Origin: Pseudomonadota bacterium
Lineage (GTDB): Bacteria; Bdellovibrionota_B; Oligoflexia; Oligoflexales; CAIYRB01
DNA length: 21,592 nucleotides
Assembly (NCBI GenBank): GCA_031416315.1
Contig: JANOTL010000108.1
Location: 1 to 21,592, forward strand
Reading direction: 5' to 3'
Part shown: positions 1 through 9,192 of the stretch, in pieces
Numbering within the stretch: position 1 is the first letter of the stretch
How the letters are laid out: every line of letters begins with the position of its first letter
The notes under the pieces: model-generated
Seen by the model: the letters and a program-made list of their open reading frames with translations, nothing else
Database searches by the model: none
What the model was told of the DNA's origin: nothing
Made by a program: the position numbers and the translations under genes

Positions 1-38
1 GTAGCTGTTATAGTGTTTGTTTTGCGCGTGGTGGGGGC

Positions 39-67
39 TTCGTGGGCGCGTTTTTCCTTTTTAAAAT
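39..67 (+). promoter_or_regulatory. Putative sigma70 promoter for frr
   Basis: TTCGTG (39-44), a 17-nt spacer and TAAAAT (62-67) in an AT-rich patch. SD-like TAGGAG at 121-126 precedes the ATG at 134. Confidence 0.4.
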
Positions 68-133
68 GGGTCCGTTTTGCCCCCGGTCCTGGCGACAAGC
101 GGCCCCTTTTCAACGGGCGCTAGGAGTTCCTGA

Positions 134-682
134 ATGAATGAAGTCATCGACAGCTGTAAGCAGAACATGGACAAGCGCCTGAAGACGTTCGAAGCCGACC
201 TCATGAAGGTTCGCACCGGTCGCGCCTCGATCACGATGTTGGACAACGTCAAGGTCGACTACTACGGCAACCCGACGCCCTTGAACCAGGTCGCGACGTT
301 GACGACGCCGGACGCTCGCACGATCACCATCGCCCCTTACGAGAAGAAGCTGATCCAAGACATCGAAAAGGCCATCCAAAAGGCCGACCTCGGGATCCAG
401 CCGACCAACGACGGTAACGTCGTGCGCATCCCGATCCCGGCGCTCACCGAAGATCGCCGCAAAGACATCGTGAAGAGCCTGAAGAAGCTCTCCGAAGACG
501 CCAAGGTCGCCATCCGCGGCATTCGCCGCGACGCGAACGAAGCTCTGAAGAAGCTCAAAGAAAAACCGTCGGAAGACGAGCTGAAGCGCCTCGAGGCCGA
601 GATCCAGAAGCACACGGACAACTTCGTGAAGCTGATCGACGAGCGCCTGGCGAAAAAAGAATCCGAAGTCCTCAAAATCTAA
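134..682 (+). CDS. frr: Ribosome recycling factor
   Basis: 182 aa with the RRF hallmarks RTGRAS, VDYYG-PTPLNQVA, P-NDG-VVR, LTEDRRKD and IRRDAN. Good SD. Confidence 0.97.
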   Translation: MNEVIDSCKQNMDKRLKTFEADLMKVRTGRASITMLDNVKVDYYGNPTPLNQVATLTTPDARTITIAPYEKKLIQDIEKAIQKADLGIQPTNDGNVVRIPIPALTEDRRKDIVKSLKKLSEDAKVAIRGIRRDANEALKKLKEKPSEDELKRLEAEIQKHTDNFVKLIDERLAKKESEVLKI

Positions 683-690
683 GAGTCCCG

Positions 691-1728
691 ATGTTCACCA
701 CGCAGCGCGGCCTCACGTTCGACGACGTCATCCTGGTGCCCGCGTACAACGGCATCAAGTCCCGGAACATGGTCACGACCAGCGTGAAGGTCTCGGGGCG
801 GCTCTTCGACATCCCGATCGTCAGCTCCAACATGGACACGGTCACGGGCGAAGCCATGGCGCGGCTCATGGCGAGCCACGGCGGGCTCGCGCTGCTCCAC
901 CGCTTCATGTCGGTCGAAGACAACGTCGCGCTCTTCAAGAAGGTCTTTGACCCGAAGCACGTGGGCGTCTCCATCGGCCTTGGCGACGAAGGTATGGCGC
1001 GCGCCGAAGCCTTGATCGCCGCGGGCGCCGAGATCGTCTGCGTCGACATCGCGCACGGCCACTCGAAAGAGATGAACCGCACGATCCGCGAGCTGCGCGA
1101 GAAGTTCCACGACAACATCATGATCGTCGCGGGCAACGTCGCGACCTACGCCGGCGCCGACTACCTCGCCGCCGCCGGCGCCGACGCGATCAAGGTCGGC
1201 ATCGGCCCCGGCTCGGTTTGCACGACGCGCATGAAGACCGGATTCGGCGTGCCCCAGCTGACCGCTATCGTCGAATGCAGCAAGGTCGATCGCCACATCA
1301 TCGCCGACGGCGGCATCCGCTATCCGTCCGACGCCGTGAAGGCGCTCGCGGCCGGCGCCGACCTCGTCATGATCGGCGGCCTCCTGTCGGGCACCGACGA
1401 AACGCCGGGTGACGTGCACGAGAAGAAGTTGGCCGACGGCGGCGTGAAGCGTTTCAAACGTTTCCGCGGCATGGCCTCGCGCGAGGCCCAGGAAGATTTC
1501 TGGGGCGCGATGCAGGACTGGAAGACGGCCGAGGGCGTCGCGCTCGAAGTGCCGTGCAAAGGTCCGGCGAAAGCCGTCATCATGGACCTCATGGGCGGCA
1601 TCCGCTCGGGCATGACGTATTGCGGCGCGCAGGAGATCCGCGAGCTGAAGCGCAAGGCGCAGTTCATGGAGATCACGCCCGCGGGACGCACGGAAGGCAC
1701 CCCGCACGCGGTCGACCGCTTCCTGTAG
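691..1728 (+). CDS. guaC: IMPDH/GMP reductase family protein without CBS domains; probably GMP reductase
   Basis: 345 aa with [18 protein letters not shown], catalytic loop [26 protein letters not shown] and [12 protein letters not shown]. No CBS insertion and no Arg-Tyr flap dyad. The family is certain; guaC versus guaB is inferred. Confidence 0.7.
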   Translation: MFTTQRGLTFDDVILVPAYNGIKSRNMVTTSVKVSGRLFDIPIVSSNMDTVTGEAMARLMASHGGLALLHRFMSVEDNVALFKKVFDPKHVGVSIGLGDEGMARAEALIAAGAEIVCVDIAHGHSKEMNRTIRELREKFHDNIMIVAGNVATYAGADYLAAAGADAIKVGIGPGSVCTTRMKTGFGVPQLTAIVECSKVDRHIIADGGIRYPSDAVKALAAGADLVMIGGLLSGTDETPGDVHEKKLADGGVKRFKRFRGMASREAQEDFWGAMQDWKTAEGVALEVPCKGPAKAVIMDLMGGIRSGMTYCGAQEIRELKRKAQFMEITPAGRTEGTPHAVDRFL

Positions 1729-1730
1729 AA

Positions 1731-1752
1731 GCCCTAGTTCGCTGGGCCTTTC
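1731..1752 (+). terminator. Possible weak intrinsic terminator after frr-guaC
   Basis: GCCCTAG-TTCG-CTGGGC hairpin immediately after the TAG stop, followed only by CTTT (short U tail). Confidence 0.3.
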
Positions 1753-1845
1753 CCCCCGGATACGCCTGTATACGGAATTGCGCCCGTCGAGGTCCTGCCG
1801 CCCCCCCACCCCACCGAAAAGTTGGGTGTACACGGGGAGGTGTCC

Positions 1846-4113
1846 ATGAAGAGCGTATCCAAGAAAATCGGGATTCTGGCGGTTCTCGGCGCGGTCCTAG
1901 TGGGTCAAGGCTGCGGCATCATCGAGCGCGACGAGTGCGACGAGGAAGCGCCGCCCTCGCGAACCATGGCGCTCAACCTCAGCTCCTACGGCAAGGCGAC
2001 GGTGCCTGCCGCGCCGCCGCGCCCCTTGCCCGCGATCGTACCGACCGCGGAGACCTACGCCGGCTGCGCCGTGATGCAGGAAGAGCTGCGCGCGGACTGG
2101 GCGAACCATCGTTCCTATGACGTAGGCCGCTACGAGAACATGCCGCGCCCTGTGCGCATGAGCCGCGGCAGTCGGAGCGCGCCGCCGCCCGCGACCGGCA
2201 CCGGCCCGATCGAAAAAGCCCTCAAAGGCTGCGGTACGACGTTCTCGAGCGGCTCTTCGGGCGGCTCGAGCGGGAGGATGGCGTCGAAAAAAGCGAACTC
2301 CGCGACCGAAGAATCCGCGCCGGTGAGCGCCGACTACTCCGACGGCGGCGACTCCGACTACGCCAATGGCGCCGCCGGCGGCTCGTCCGGACCGATCCAG
2401 CTGCCCGAACAGGCCGCCTCCGACGCCGGCAGCGGCGTCGCCCCCGGCTCCGGCAGCACCTTCACCAACACGCAGGAAAAAGGCGTCGACGAGCCCGACG
2501 TCGTGAAAATCGGCGCCAATCACCTCTACATCGAGCGCGAAGGCGAGCTCATTGTCGTCCAGCGCTCGACGCTCCAGCCGATCGGCAACATGCCCCTGCC
2601 GAAGCTCGAAGGCATCACGCTCTACGCGGACGGCGACACCCTCCTCATCGTCGGCGGCGCTCACGAAAAAGATGGCTACCTCACGCGCGTCCAAATCTAT
2701 CGCGGGACCGACGGCGCGCTGCCGGTGCTCGCGAAAGAGCACACCTTCGACGGTCAAGCTTACGACTCCCGCTACATCGGCAGCCGCCTCGTCCTCGTCT
2801 TCCGCGACCAGCTGCCCTGGAACCCGACCAGCGCCGACCCTGCCGCGCTGCCGATCAAGGTCGAGAACGACGCCGTCAAAGGCGTTCCCTGCGACCGCAT
2901 CCTGAAGCCCGCCGTGCACGACCTCGACACGCGCTTCGTCAAAGTCGTCTCCGTCAACGCGGCGACGGTCGACGAAGCCCCGCGCTTCGCCGCCGCGATC
3001 GGTGGCGGCGACCAGATCTACATGACGGCAGAAACTCTCTACCTCACGAAGCAAGGCGTTCAGTGGGACAGCTACAACCCGGAAGCCAACGAGACGCTTC
3101 TCGTCACGCGCGTCGATTTTGCCGGTGAAACCGGCGAGTTGAAGGTCGCGGCCGCCGGAACGATCCTCGGCCGCGTCAAGGACCAGTGGGCCTTCAAGGA
3201 GCACCGGATCGCGGGCGGCGAGAAAGTTCTCTCGGTCGCGACCTCCACCGGCCAACTCTGGAGCTACGGCAGCGACATCGCGCAGAACCACGTCTGGGTG
3301 CTTCGCCAGAAAGAGACGACGCTGGAAGTCGTCGCCTCGATCAGAGACTTCGGCACCGGCGAGGACATCCGCTCGGTCCGCTACGTGAACGACATGGCGT
3401 ACGTCGTCACGTTCAAAAAAACGGACCCGCTCTTCGCCATCGACATGAAAGACCCGCTGGCGCCGAAGATGCTCGGCGAGCTGAAGATCCCCGGCTTCTC
3501 CGTCTACATGCACCCGGTCGCGGACGGCCGCCTCCTCGGCGTCGGCTTCGACGCGGACGACAAGGGCGACTTCGCCTATTACCAAGGCCTGCAGATCTCG
3601 CTCTTCGACGTCTTCAACCCGATGGACCTGAAGCGCCTCGACGTCGAGATCGTCGGCGAGCGCGGGTCCTCGTCCGAGGTGACCGGGGACCACCACGCCT
3701 TCTTCTTCGACCCGGGCCTGAAGCTCGTCGGCTTGCCGGTGGTCGAGCTCGCCGGCAAGAGCGGGACGGGCGGCAGCGAGCTCGCGAACGAGCTGAAATT
3801 CTCGGGCGCCCTCCTCTACTTCGTCGAAGACACCGAGCTGGTCGAGGCCGGCCGCATCACGCATCGCGAAATGATGCCGAAAGTCTGCGACGAGTACATC
3901 GCGCAGCCGCACTGGTGGCAGGACAAGGTGCGCGCTCTCGACGTCAACCGGATCTTCCTGATCGACGGCAAGCTTCTCACCGTCTCACGCTTCGGTCTGA
4001 TGGCGCACGATCCGAACGCGCTCACCGCGCCGCCGCTGGTTCAAGCCGCGTTCGCCGGCGGCGAGAGCCTCTGCCCGGTGATCGAGCGCAGGCTGACCTA
4101 CGTCGGCGATTGA
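1846..4113 (+). CDS. Secreted beta-propeller domain lipoprotein (Beta_propel / COG4880-like)
   Basis: Start moved to ATG 1846, which has a strong SD (GGAGGT, 1836-1841). Signal peptide MKSVSKKIGILAVLGAVLVGQG-C23. Family motifs TNTQEKGVDEPDVVK, GEDIRSVRY, AYVVTFKKTDPLFAID, LGELKIPGFSVYMHP and LQISLFDV. Confidence 0.85.
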   Translation: MKSVSKKIGILAVLGAVLVGQGCGIIERDECDEEAPPSRTMALNLSSYGKATVPAAPPRPLPAIVPTAETYAGCAVMQEELRADWANHRSYDVGRYENMPRPVRMSRGSRSAPPPATGTGPIEKALKGCGTTFSSGSSGGSSGRMASKKANSATEESAPVSADYSDGGDSDYANGAAGGSSGPIQLPEQAASDAGSGVAPGSGSTFTNTQEKGVDEPDVVKIGANHLYIEREGELIVVQRSTLQPIGNMPLPKLEGITLYADGDTLLIVGGAHEKDGYLTRVQIYRGTDGALPVLAKEHTFDGQAYDSRYIGSRLVLVFRDQLPWNPTSADPAALPIKVENDAVKGVPCDRILKPAVHDLDTRFVKVVSVNAATVDEAPRFAAAIGGGDQIYMTAETLYLTKQGVQWDSYNPEANETLLVTRVDFAGETGELKVAAAGTILGRVKDQWAFKEHRIAGGEKVLSVATSTGQLWSYGSDIAQNHVWVLRQKETTLEVVASIRDFGTGEDIRSVRYVNDMAYVVTFKKTDPLFAIDMKDPLAPKMLGELKIPGFSVYMHPVADGRLLGVGFDADDKGDFAYYQGLQISLFDVFNPMDLKRLDVEIVGERGSSSEVTGDHHAFFFDPGLKLVGLPVVELAGKSGTGGSELANELKFSGALLYFVEDTELVEAGRITHREMMPKVCDEYIAQPHWWQDKVRALDVNRIFLIDGKLLTVSRFGLMAHDPNALTAPPLVQAAFAGGESLCPVIERRLTYVGD

Positions 4114-4144
4114 GATTTGCGGGGCGATGCATTAGATCCAGGGA

Positions 4145-5575
4145 ATGGATCTAGACCCCTTCCGCTCCGCCTCCGACCTCGCTCGTGCCCTGCGCCGAAA
4201 GGCGCTGAGCCCGGTCGAGGTCGTTCGTCATTACCTCGCTCGCATCGACGCGCGCGACGGCGCCTTGAACGCCTTCACGTGGCGCCGCGACGCCGAGCTT
4301 TTCGACGAGGCGCGCGTGGCAGAGGCACAGCTAAAGACGGCCGACCCGGCGGAGCTTCCGCCCTTCTTCGGCGTGCCGATCCCGATCAAGGACCTGACGG
4401 AGACCCGCGGGCATCCCACGACGCACGGCTCGCGCGTGGCGAAAGCGAAGATCGGGCGCTACGACTCGACCGCCGTGCGCCTGATCCGTGAGGCCGGCTT
4501 TCTCGTTCTCGGCCGCACCAATTCGCCCGAGTTCGGTACGCTGCCCGTCACCGAGAACGAGCTCTACGGCGCGACGCGCAATCCGTGGAACGCCGCCAAG
4601 ACGCCCGGCGGCTCGAGCGGCGGCGCGGCGGCCGCGGTCGCGGCCGGCATGGCGCCGATCGCGCACGCCAGCGACGGCGGCGGCTCGATCCGCATCCCCG
4701 CCTCCTGCTGCGGCTTGGTCGGCTTGAAGGCGAGCCGCGCGCGCATTCCGAAGGGCCCCTACCTGACCGAGACGATGAACGGCTTCTCCACCGACGGCTG
4801 CGTGTCGACGACGATCGAAGACACCGCCGCGATGCTCGACGCCTTGGCGTGGCGCGATCCGCACGGCTGGTACGGAATCGAGAAGCCGGCCGTTCCCTTC
4901 GCCGTCGCCATGCGGCAAAGGCCCGCCCGCCTGCGCATCGGGATCGCGACGATGGGCCCGATTCCGCAGCGCGTCGAGCCCTCGGTCGTCGACGCAGTCA
5001 TGAAGACCGGAAAACTGCTCGAAAGCCTCGGGCACCACGTGTTCGAGGCCGCGCCGGACTGGGCCGGCACGGGCGAGCAGCTCGCGCTCGACTTCACCAC
5101 GGTGTGGGCCACGGGCACGGCCTATCTGGATTTCCCCGATCTTTCAGAGTTGGAGTTCGTCAACGCGGGGCTGCGCGAGATCTGCAAGGCACAGAGCTCG
5201 CTCGATTACCTTCAAGCCGTCGCCCGCATGCAGCTTTTCTCGCGGCGCGTGACCGGAAGCTTCGGCCGCGACTTCGACCTGCTGCTGACGCCGACCCTGG
5301 CGATGGAGCCGCCCGACGTCGGCTGGCTCTTCGAGACCGGCACGAAAGACGCGGTCGAGATCTTGAAGCGCAGCACCGAGCTCGTCCCCTACTGCGGCTG
5401 GTGCAACGTCACCGGCCAGCCCGCGATCTCGCTCCCGACGACGATCGGCGCCTCCGGCCTCCCGATCGGCGTCCAGCTCGTGGCGCCGCCCCTGCGCGAG
5501 GACCTGCTGCTGCAGGTGGGCCGAGAGCTGGAAGAGCTCATCGACTGGTCGGCGCGGCTTCCCCGCTCGTCTTGA
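4145..5575 (+). CDS. Amidase signature family enzyme
   Basis: GVPIPIKD (catalytic Lys), [42 protein letters not shown] and [11 protein letters not shown]. Confidence 0.93.
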   Translation: MDLDPFRSASDLARALRRKALSPVEVVRHYLARIDARDGALNAFTWRRDAELFDEARVAEAQLKTADPAELPPFFGVPIPIKDLTETRGHPTTHGSRVAKAKIGRYDSTAVRLIREAGFLVLGRTNSPEFGTLPVTENELYGATRNPWNAAKTPGGSSGGAAAAVAAGMAPIAHASDGGGSIRIPASCCGLVGLKASRARIPKGPYLTETMNGFSTDGCVSTTIEDTAAMLDALAWRDPHGWYGIEKPAVPFAVAMRQRPARLRIGIATMGPIPQRVEPSVVDAVMKTGKLLESLGHHVFEAAPDWAGTGEQLALDFTTVWATGTAYLDFPDLSELEFVNAGLREICKAQSSLDYLQAVARMQLFSRRVTGSFGRDFDLLLTPTLAMEPPDVGWLFETGTKDAVEILKRSTELVPYCGWCNVTGQPAISLPTTIGASGLPIGVQLVAPPLREDLLLQVGRELEELIDWSARLPRSS

Positions 5576-6287
5576 TCCCGACGAACAGCAGGTTCTGCGG
5601 GTACTTTCGCGCCGTCCCCAGCGCCCGGTCGAGGGCGCGGACCGGCATGACGATCAAGAGCGCGTTGAGGCCCCACATCGCCCAGCGCAATCCCGGCACG
5701 CGCCAGCACGAGATGACCAAAAGCCACGAGATCGGATGGGACAGGAATGAGAGCATGCCGCCTTGGCGTTTTTCCTCGACGACCTTGAAGCCGGCGTGCT
5801 CGAAGAGCTGCCGCAATCCGTACGGCGTGTAGCGGTAGAAATCGTAGGGCTCCTCGTGCAGGCCGGCGAGGAAGGGCACGGAGACGATGAGGCTGCCGCC
5901 GGGCCGAAGGATGCGCGCGATCTCGGCGATCGCCACCTCCGGGCGTTTCAGGTGCTCGAAGACCTGGGAGCTGAACACGCAGTCGAAGCTCGCGGACGGG
6001 ATGATCGCCAGGTCGTGCATGTCGGCGACGAGATCGAGCTCCGCGCACGTCTGCGTGTAGTCGAGGCTCACATACTCGGCGCAGTGCGGCTTCAACAAGT
6101 GGCGCGCGTTGAGCTGGCCGGCGCCGGCGTCGAGCGTGCGGCCGCGCACGTAGCGCGTGAGGATCTCGCTTAGGCCGTCGACCAGCGCAAGGGCCGTCGC
6201 GGACAGCCAGTGATAGCGCTCGTCGCCCAAAAGCTCGTCGCTGTAGCGGCGCCGGTTCTCGGTCAGGGCGCCCATCACGCTGCTCAT
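5538..6287 (-). CDS. Class I SAM-dependent methyltransferase (Methyltransf_11-like), glycan-cluster type
   Basis: C-terminal 249 aa of the 5538..7460 ORF: LDAGAG, FDCVFSSQVFEH, ILRPGG, VPF-HEEPYDFYRYT. ATG 6287 overlaps the reconstructed stop of the upstream gene (ATGA, 6284-6287). Confidence 0.85.
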   Translation of the reverse strand: MSSVMGALTENRRRYSDELLGDERYHWLSATALALVDGLSEILTRYVRGRTLDAGAGQLNARHLLKPHCAEYVSLDYTQTCAELDLVADMHDLAIIPSASFDCVFSSQVFEHLKRPEVAIAEIARILRPGGSLIVSVPFLAGLHEEPYDFYRYTPYGLRQLFEHAGFKVVEEKRQGGMLSFLSHPISWLLVISCWRVPGLRWAMWGLNALLIVMPVRALDRALGTARKYPQNLLFVGIKTSGEAAPTSR

Positions 6288-7217
6288 GAAGCTCGGTCCT
6301 TTCGCCGCAGGACGCGGTAGAAGGTGGTGGCAGCGGCAAACATGCTCAGCTCGACACTCATCGTCAAGATCCGAGTCCAGATCGGCACGGTCAGCGCCAC
6401 GATTTCGCCGCCGACCTCGTGGAGCGCGAGGTAGAGGACGCCCTCGCGCACGCCGATGCCGCCACATGAACAGCACGGCGAAGCCGAGCGCGTTCGCGAC
6501 CGGAACGCCGCAAAGAAAGGTCGGCAAGAGCTCCGGACCGTAGCCCAGGCCTAGAGATTGGCCGGCGAAATAAGCGGCGGTGCCGAACGACAAGTCGACG
6601 CATAGGTAGCCGATCGCCATCACGCCCAGAACGGCCGGCGCCACCGGGGCGAGCGCGAAATCGCGCTTGAAGATCTTGCCCAGAAGCCCGGCGGCGCGGC
6701 CGAAGGCCGCCCCGCCGCGAAATATCAGGACGACGTGCGCAGCGACGAGCGCGACCGTTGCCGCGACTTTTGCGGCGACCGGGACCCCGGGCAGGAGCCA
6801 CAGGAGATAAATTGCGCCGATGCTGAGGGAGACGGCGAACGAGACCAGCACGTTCAATAGATTGGCGGCGACAACGAGCGAAGGCGGGAATCCGAGCTTG
6901 GCGAGCCACGTCGTCTGCAGGCCGATCGACCAAAGCTTGCCCGGGACGTATTTCGCGAAGCTCGAGATGCTCATGATGACGAAACCGCCGAGGCGCGGCA
7001 GGTGCGCCGGCGCGGCCATCATATTGATCGTGACGCGCCACACGCCGATGCCCAGGACCGCGGCGAGGATCGTCATGGAGACGGCGGCCACCAGCGGCGC
7101 GCCGAGCTGCGGCCTGAGCTCTTTAAGCGCCTCGAAATTTGAACGGAGCTCGCGCGCGAAAAAGGCGGCGGCCGCCGCGAGGACGAGGACGACGAGAACC
7201 TGACGCCAGTGCTTCAT
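6284..7217 (-). pseudogene. UPF0104 / lysylphosphatidylglycerol-synthase-TM (flippase-like) membrane protein, frameshifted at ~6464 (true lesion or sequence error)
   Basis: Starts MKHWRQVLVVLVLAAAAAFF at 7217 (ATGA overlap with the upstream gene). Multi-TM, with AKYVPGKLW. After ...GFAVLFM, a second frame reads GGIGVREGVLYLALHEVGGEIVALTVPIWTRILTMSVELSMFAAATTFYRVLRRKDRAS* and ends at 6284. Confidence 0.8.
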
Positions 7218-7894
7218 CGCGAGAGCACCAGGATCACCGTCGGGGAAATCAAGCTCGCGGCGCGCGGGAGCCACGAGCGGGCCGGTCCCTCGAAGTGAAA
7301 ACGCGCCGGATCGCGGACGATGTCCATCGTGTAGTCGCGCACCTCGAAGCCGGCGCGCATGGCCGCGCGCCGAAGGCCGAGGAGGCTCGGGATGCGCACG
7401 CGCTCGTCGCGCCCCGTGATGCGGCGCAATGCGGCTCGATACGCGTCGCGTGGGAGCCAATGCAGGAAAGGCTTCCGCGTATGTGGCTCCAGCGGGAAAA
7501 ACCGATTCGGCGTCGCGACGTAGACGACCCCGCCTCGTCGCAGGACGCGGAAGAGCTCGGCGAGATGAAGGTCCAGCGAAGGGAGATAGGCGGCGACGTG
7601 GTTCGAGAGCGCGATGTCGAACGAGCCGTCGGGAAACGGCAGGGTCTCACCCTTTGTCAGCACGAACGTAAAGCGCGCGGCTTCCGCCGCGGTTGTCTGA
7701 TCGACCGCGTCGACGCCGGTCACCCGATTCTTCGCGGCAAAGTGCGCCGCGATGTGCCCGCTGCCGCAGCCGACGTCGAGGATCGTGCGGCCTTCGATCG
7801 GAGTCGCGAGGTGCGTCGCGAGTACGGCCTCGATCTTCAGGGCCTTCGCTTCGCGCCCCGCGGCGCTCGCGAAGCTGCGGCCGTCCGCGGTCAT
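7214..7894 (-). CDS. Class I SAM-dependent methyltransferase
   Basis: ILDVGCGSG, LPFPDGSFD, VLRRGG, ATPNRFFPLEPH. Start placed at ATG 7894 (MTADG); the ORF track extends the frame to 7942. Confidence 0.85.
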   Translation of the reverse strand: MTADGRSFASAAGREAKALKIEAVLATHLATPIEGRTILDVGCGSGHIAAHFAAKNRVTGVDAVDQTTAAEAARFTFVLTKGETLPFPDGSFDIALSNHVAAYLPSLDLHLAELFRVLRRGGVVYVATPNRFFPLEPHTRKPFLHWLPRDAYRAALRRITGRDERVRIPSLLGLRRAAMRAGFEVRDYTMDIVRDPARFHFEGPARSWLPRAASLISPTVILVLSR

Positions 7895-8049
7895 GGATCG
7901 AGGAAGACGGGAATGTTTCTCATTGGGGCATCCTAGCAGCAAGCGGGCGGGATGGCTGTCAGAAAGGCGGGAAATGCGTGCGCTCGGCGCGGAATCGGTC
8001 TATCTAGGTTGCGTCGGTCCCTTCGTCCCACGCATCGAGAGCGAGAGCC

Positions 8050-9192
8050 GTGCGCGCCTTCTTCGCCATCCTCTTCGTCCTGACCGGCTGCGTCACTGGC
8101 GGTGACGAGCCCGCGTCGGTACCGGCCCTGAGCACGGCGGAGGTCGCACGCCGCTTGCCGGCACGCGTGAAGGCGAAGGCTCGGGACGGCTGGGCCGAGG
8201 ACATCGTCTTCGGCATCCAAGCGGCCGAGCGTGAGCCGACGGCAGAGACGGTGTGCGCCGTCATCGGCCTCATCGATCAGGAGTCGGGATTCCAAGTCGA
8301 TCCGGTCGTGGCCGAGCTGCCCCGAATCGTGCGCGAGGGACTCGAGCGTAAGCTGGCGAAGCTGGGTCCGCTGGCGGGCCCCGCGGTGGCGGCGCTCCTC
8401 GCCGGCAAGGCGCCCGGTAGCGACCGCACGTTCGCGCAGCGCGTCGATCGGCTGCGGACCGAGCGCGACCTGGATCGCCTCTTCCGCGACATCGCCACGG
8501 CCTACCGGGGAAAGCTCCCGGGCACGCTCGCCATCGCCTCGGCGCTCTCTATGATCCTGGGCCGCGGCGACCTGGACTCCTTGAATCCGGTGACGACCGC
8601 CGGCTCGATGCAGGTGAAGGTCGATTTCGCCGCGGGGCTGGACGATCTCGACGGCAAATCCGACGCCGAGCTGCGCGAGTATTTGTACACGCGTGAAGGC
8701 GGCGTTCGCGCCGGAACCGCGCGTCTTTTCGGCTACGAAGCGGCTTACGACGACGTCTTGTACCGTTTCGCCGACTACAACGCGGGGATGTACGCCTCAC
8801 GCAACGCGGCTTACCAGGCGCAGCTGGGCGAGCTGACCGACCGCAAGCTAGCGCTCGACGGCGATCTTCTCGCGTATGCCGAAGACGGCGACGCAAAGAG
8901 TACCGAGACGAAGTCGCTCGCGGCGATGCTCGCCTTCGGCAGAAAGCGCGATCACTGGGACCTCACCATTCGCAAGGACGCCGAAAAGGAGAAATCTGCG
9001 GCGTTCGAGCGGACCGACTCGTGGAGCGAGGTGCGCGAGGCTTGGGCGAAGAAGCACGGCAAGGAGCCGGCTTATGCTCGCATGCCGACGCTCACGCTCA
9101 CCTCGCCGAAGCTCCTTAAGCCGCGCTCGACGGCGTGGTTCGCGGAAAACGTGAAGCGAAGGTACGAGGCGTGCCGGCGCCTCGGATCGTAA
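8050..9192 (+). CDS. DUF1615 / YaiW-like lipoprotein
   Basis: Lipobox MRAFFAILFVLTG-C. Family motifs GWAEDI, QESGFQVDPVV, NPVTTAGSMQV, YRFADYNAGMYASRNAAYQ, LALDGDL and LTSPKL..STAWFA..V.RRY..C. Confidence 0.85.
   Translation: MRAFFAILFVLTGCVTGGDEPASVPALSTAEVARRLPARVKAKARDGWAEDIVFGIQAAEREPTAETVCAVIGLIDQESGFQVDPVVAELPRIVREGLERKLAKLGPLAGPAVAALLAGKAPGSDRTFAQRVDRLRTERDLDRLFRDIATAYRGKLPGTLAIASALSMILGRGDLDSLNPVTTAGSMQVKVDFAAGLDDLDGKSDAELREYLYTREGGVRAGTARLFGYEAAYDDVLYRFADYNAGMYASRNAAYQAQLGELTDRKLALDGDLLAYAEDGDAKSTETKSLAAMLAFGRKRDHWDLTIRKDAEKEKSAAFERTDSWSEVREAWAKKHGKEPAYARMPTLTLTSPKLLKPRSTAWFAENVKRRYEACRRLGS

Noticed and set aside
679..3912. Long antisense ORFs 679..1833 and 1897..3912 (and similarly 9135..10322, 10834..12015, 17161..18216, 18961..20337)
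   Set aside because: Shadow ORFs opposite well-supported genes, expected from high GC3 codon bias; no motifs.
4145..5575. Amidase as gatA
   Set aside because: No gatC/gatB neighbours, and the sequence after the signature looks like a general amidase rather than GatA.
5538..7460. 640-aa ORF as a genuine evolved flippase-methyltransferase fusion
   Set aside because: The first 81 codons overlap the upstream methyltransferase out of frame. The linker is explained by the frameshift at ~6464, with the conserved motif and ATGA-coupled stop in the other frame.
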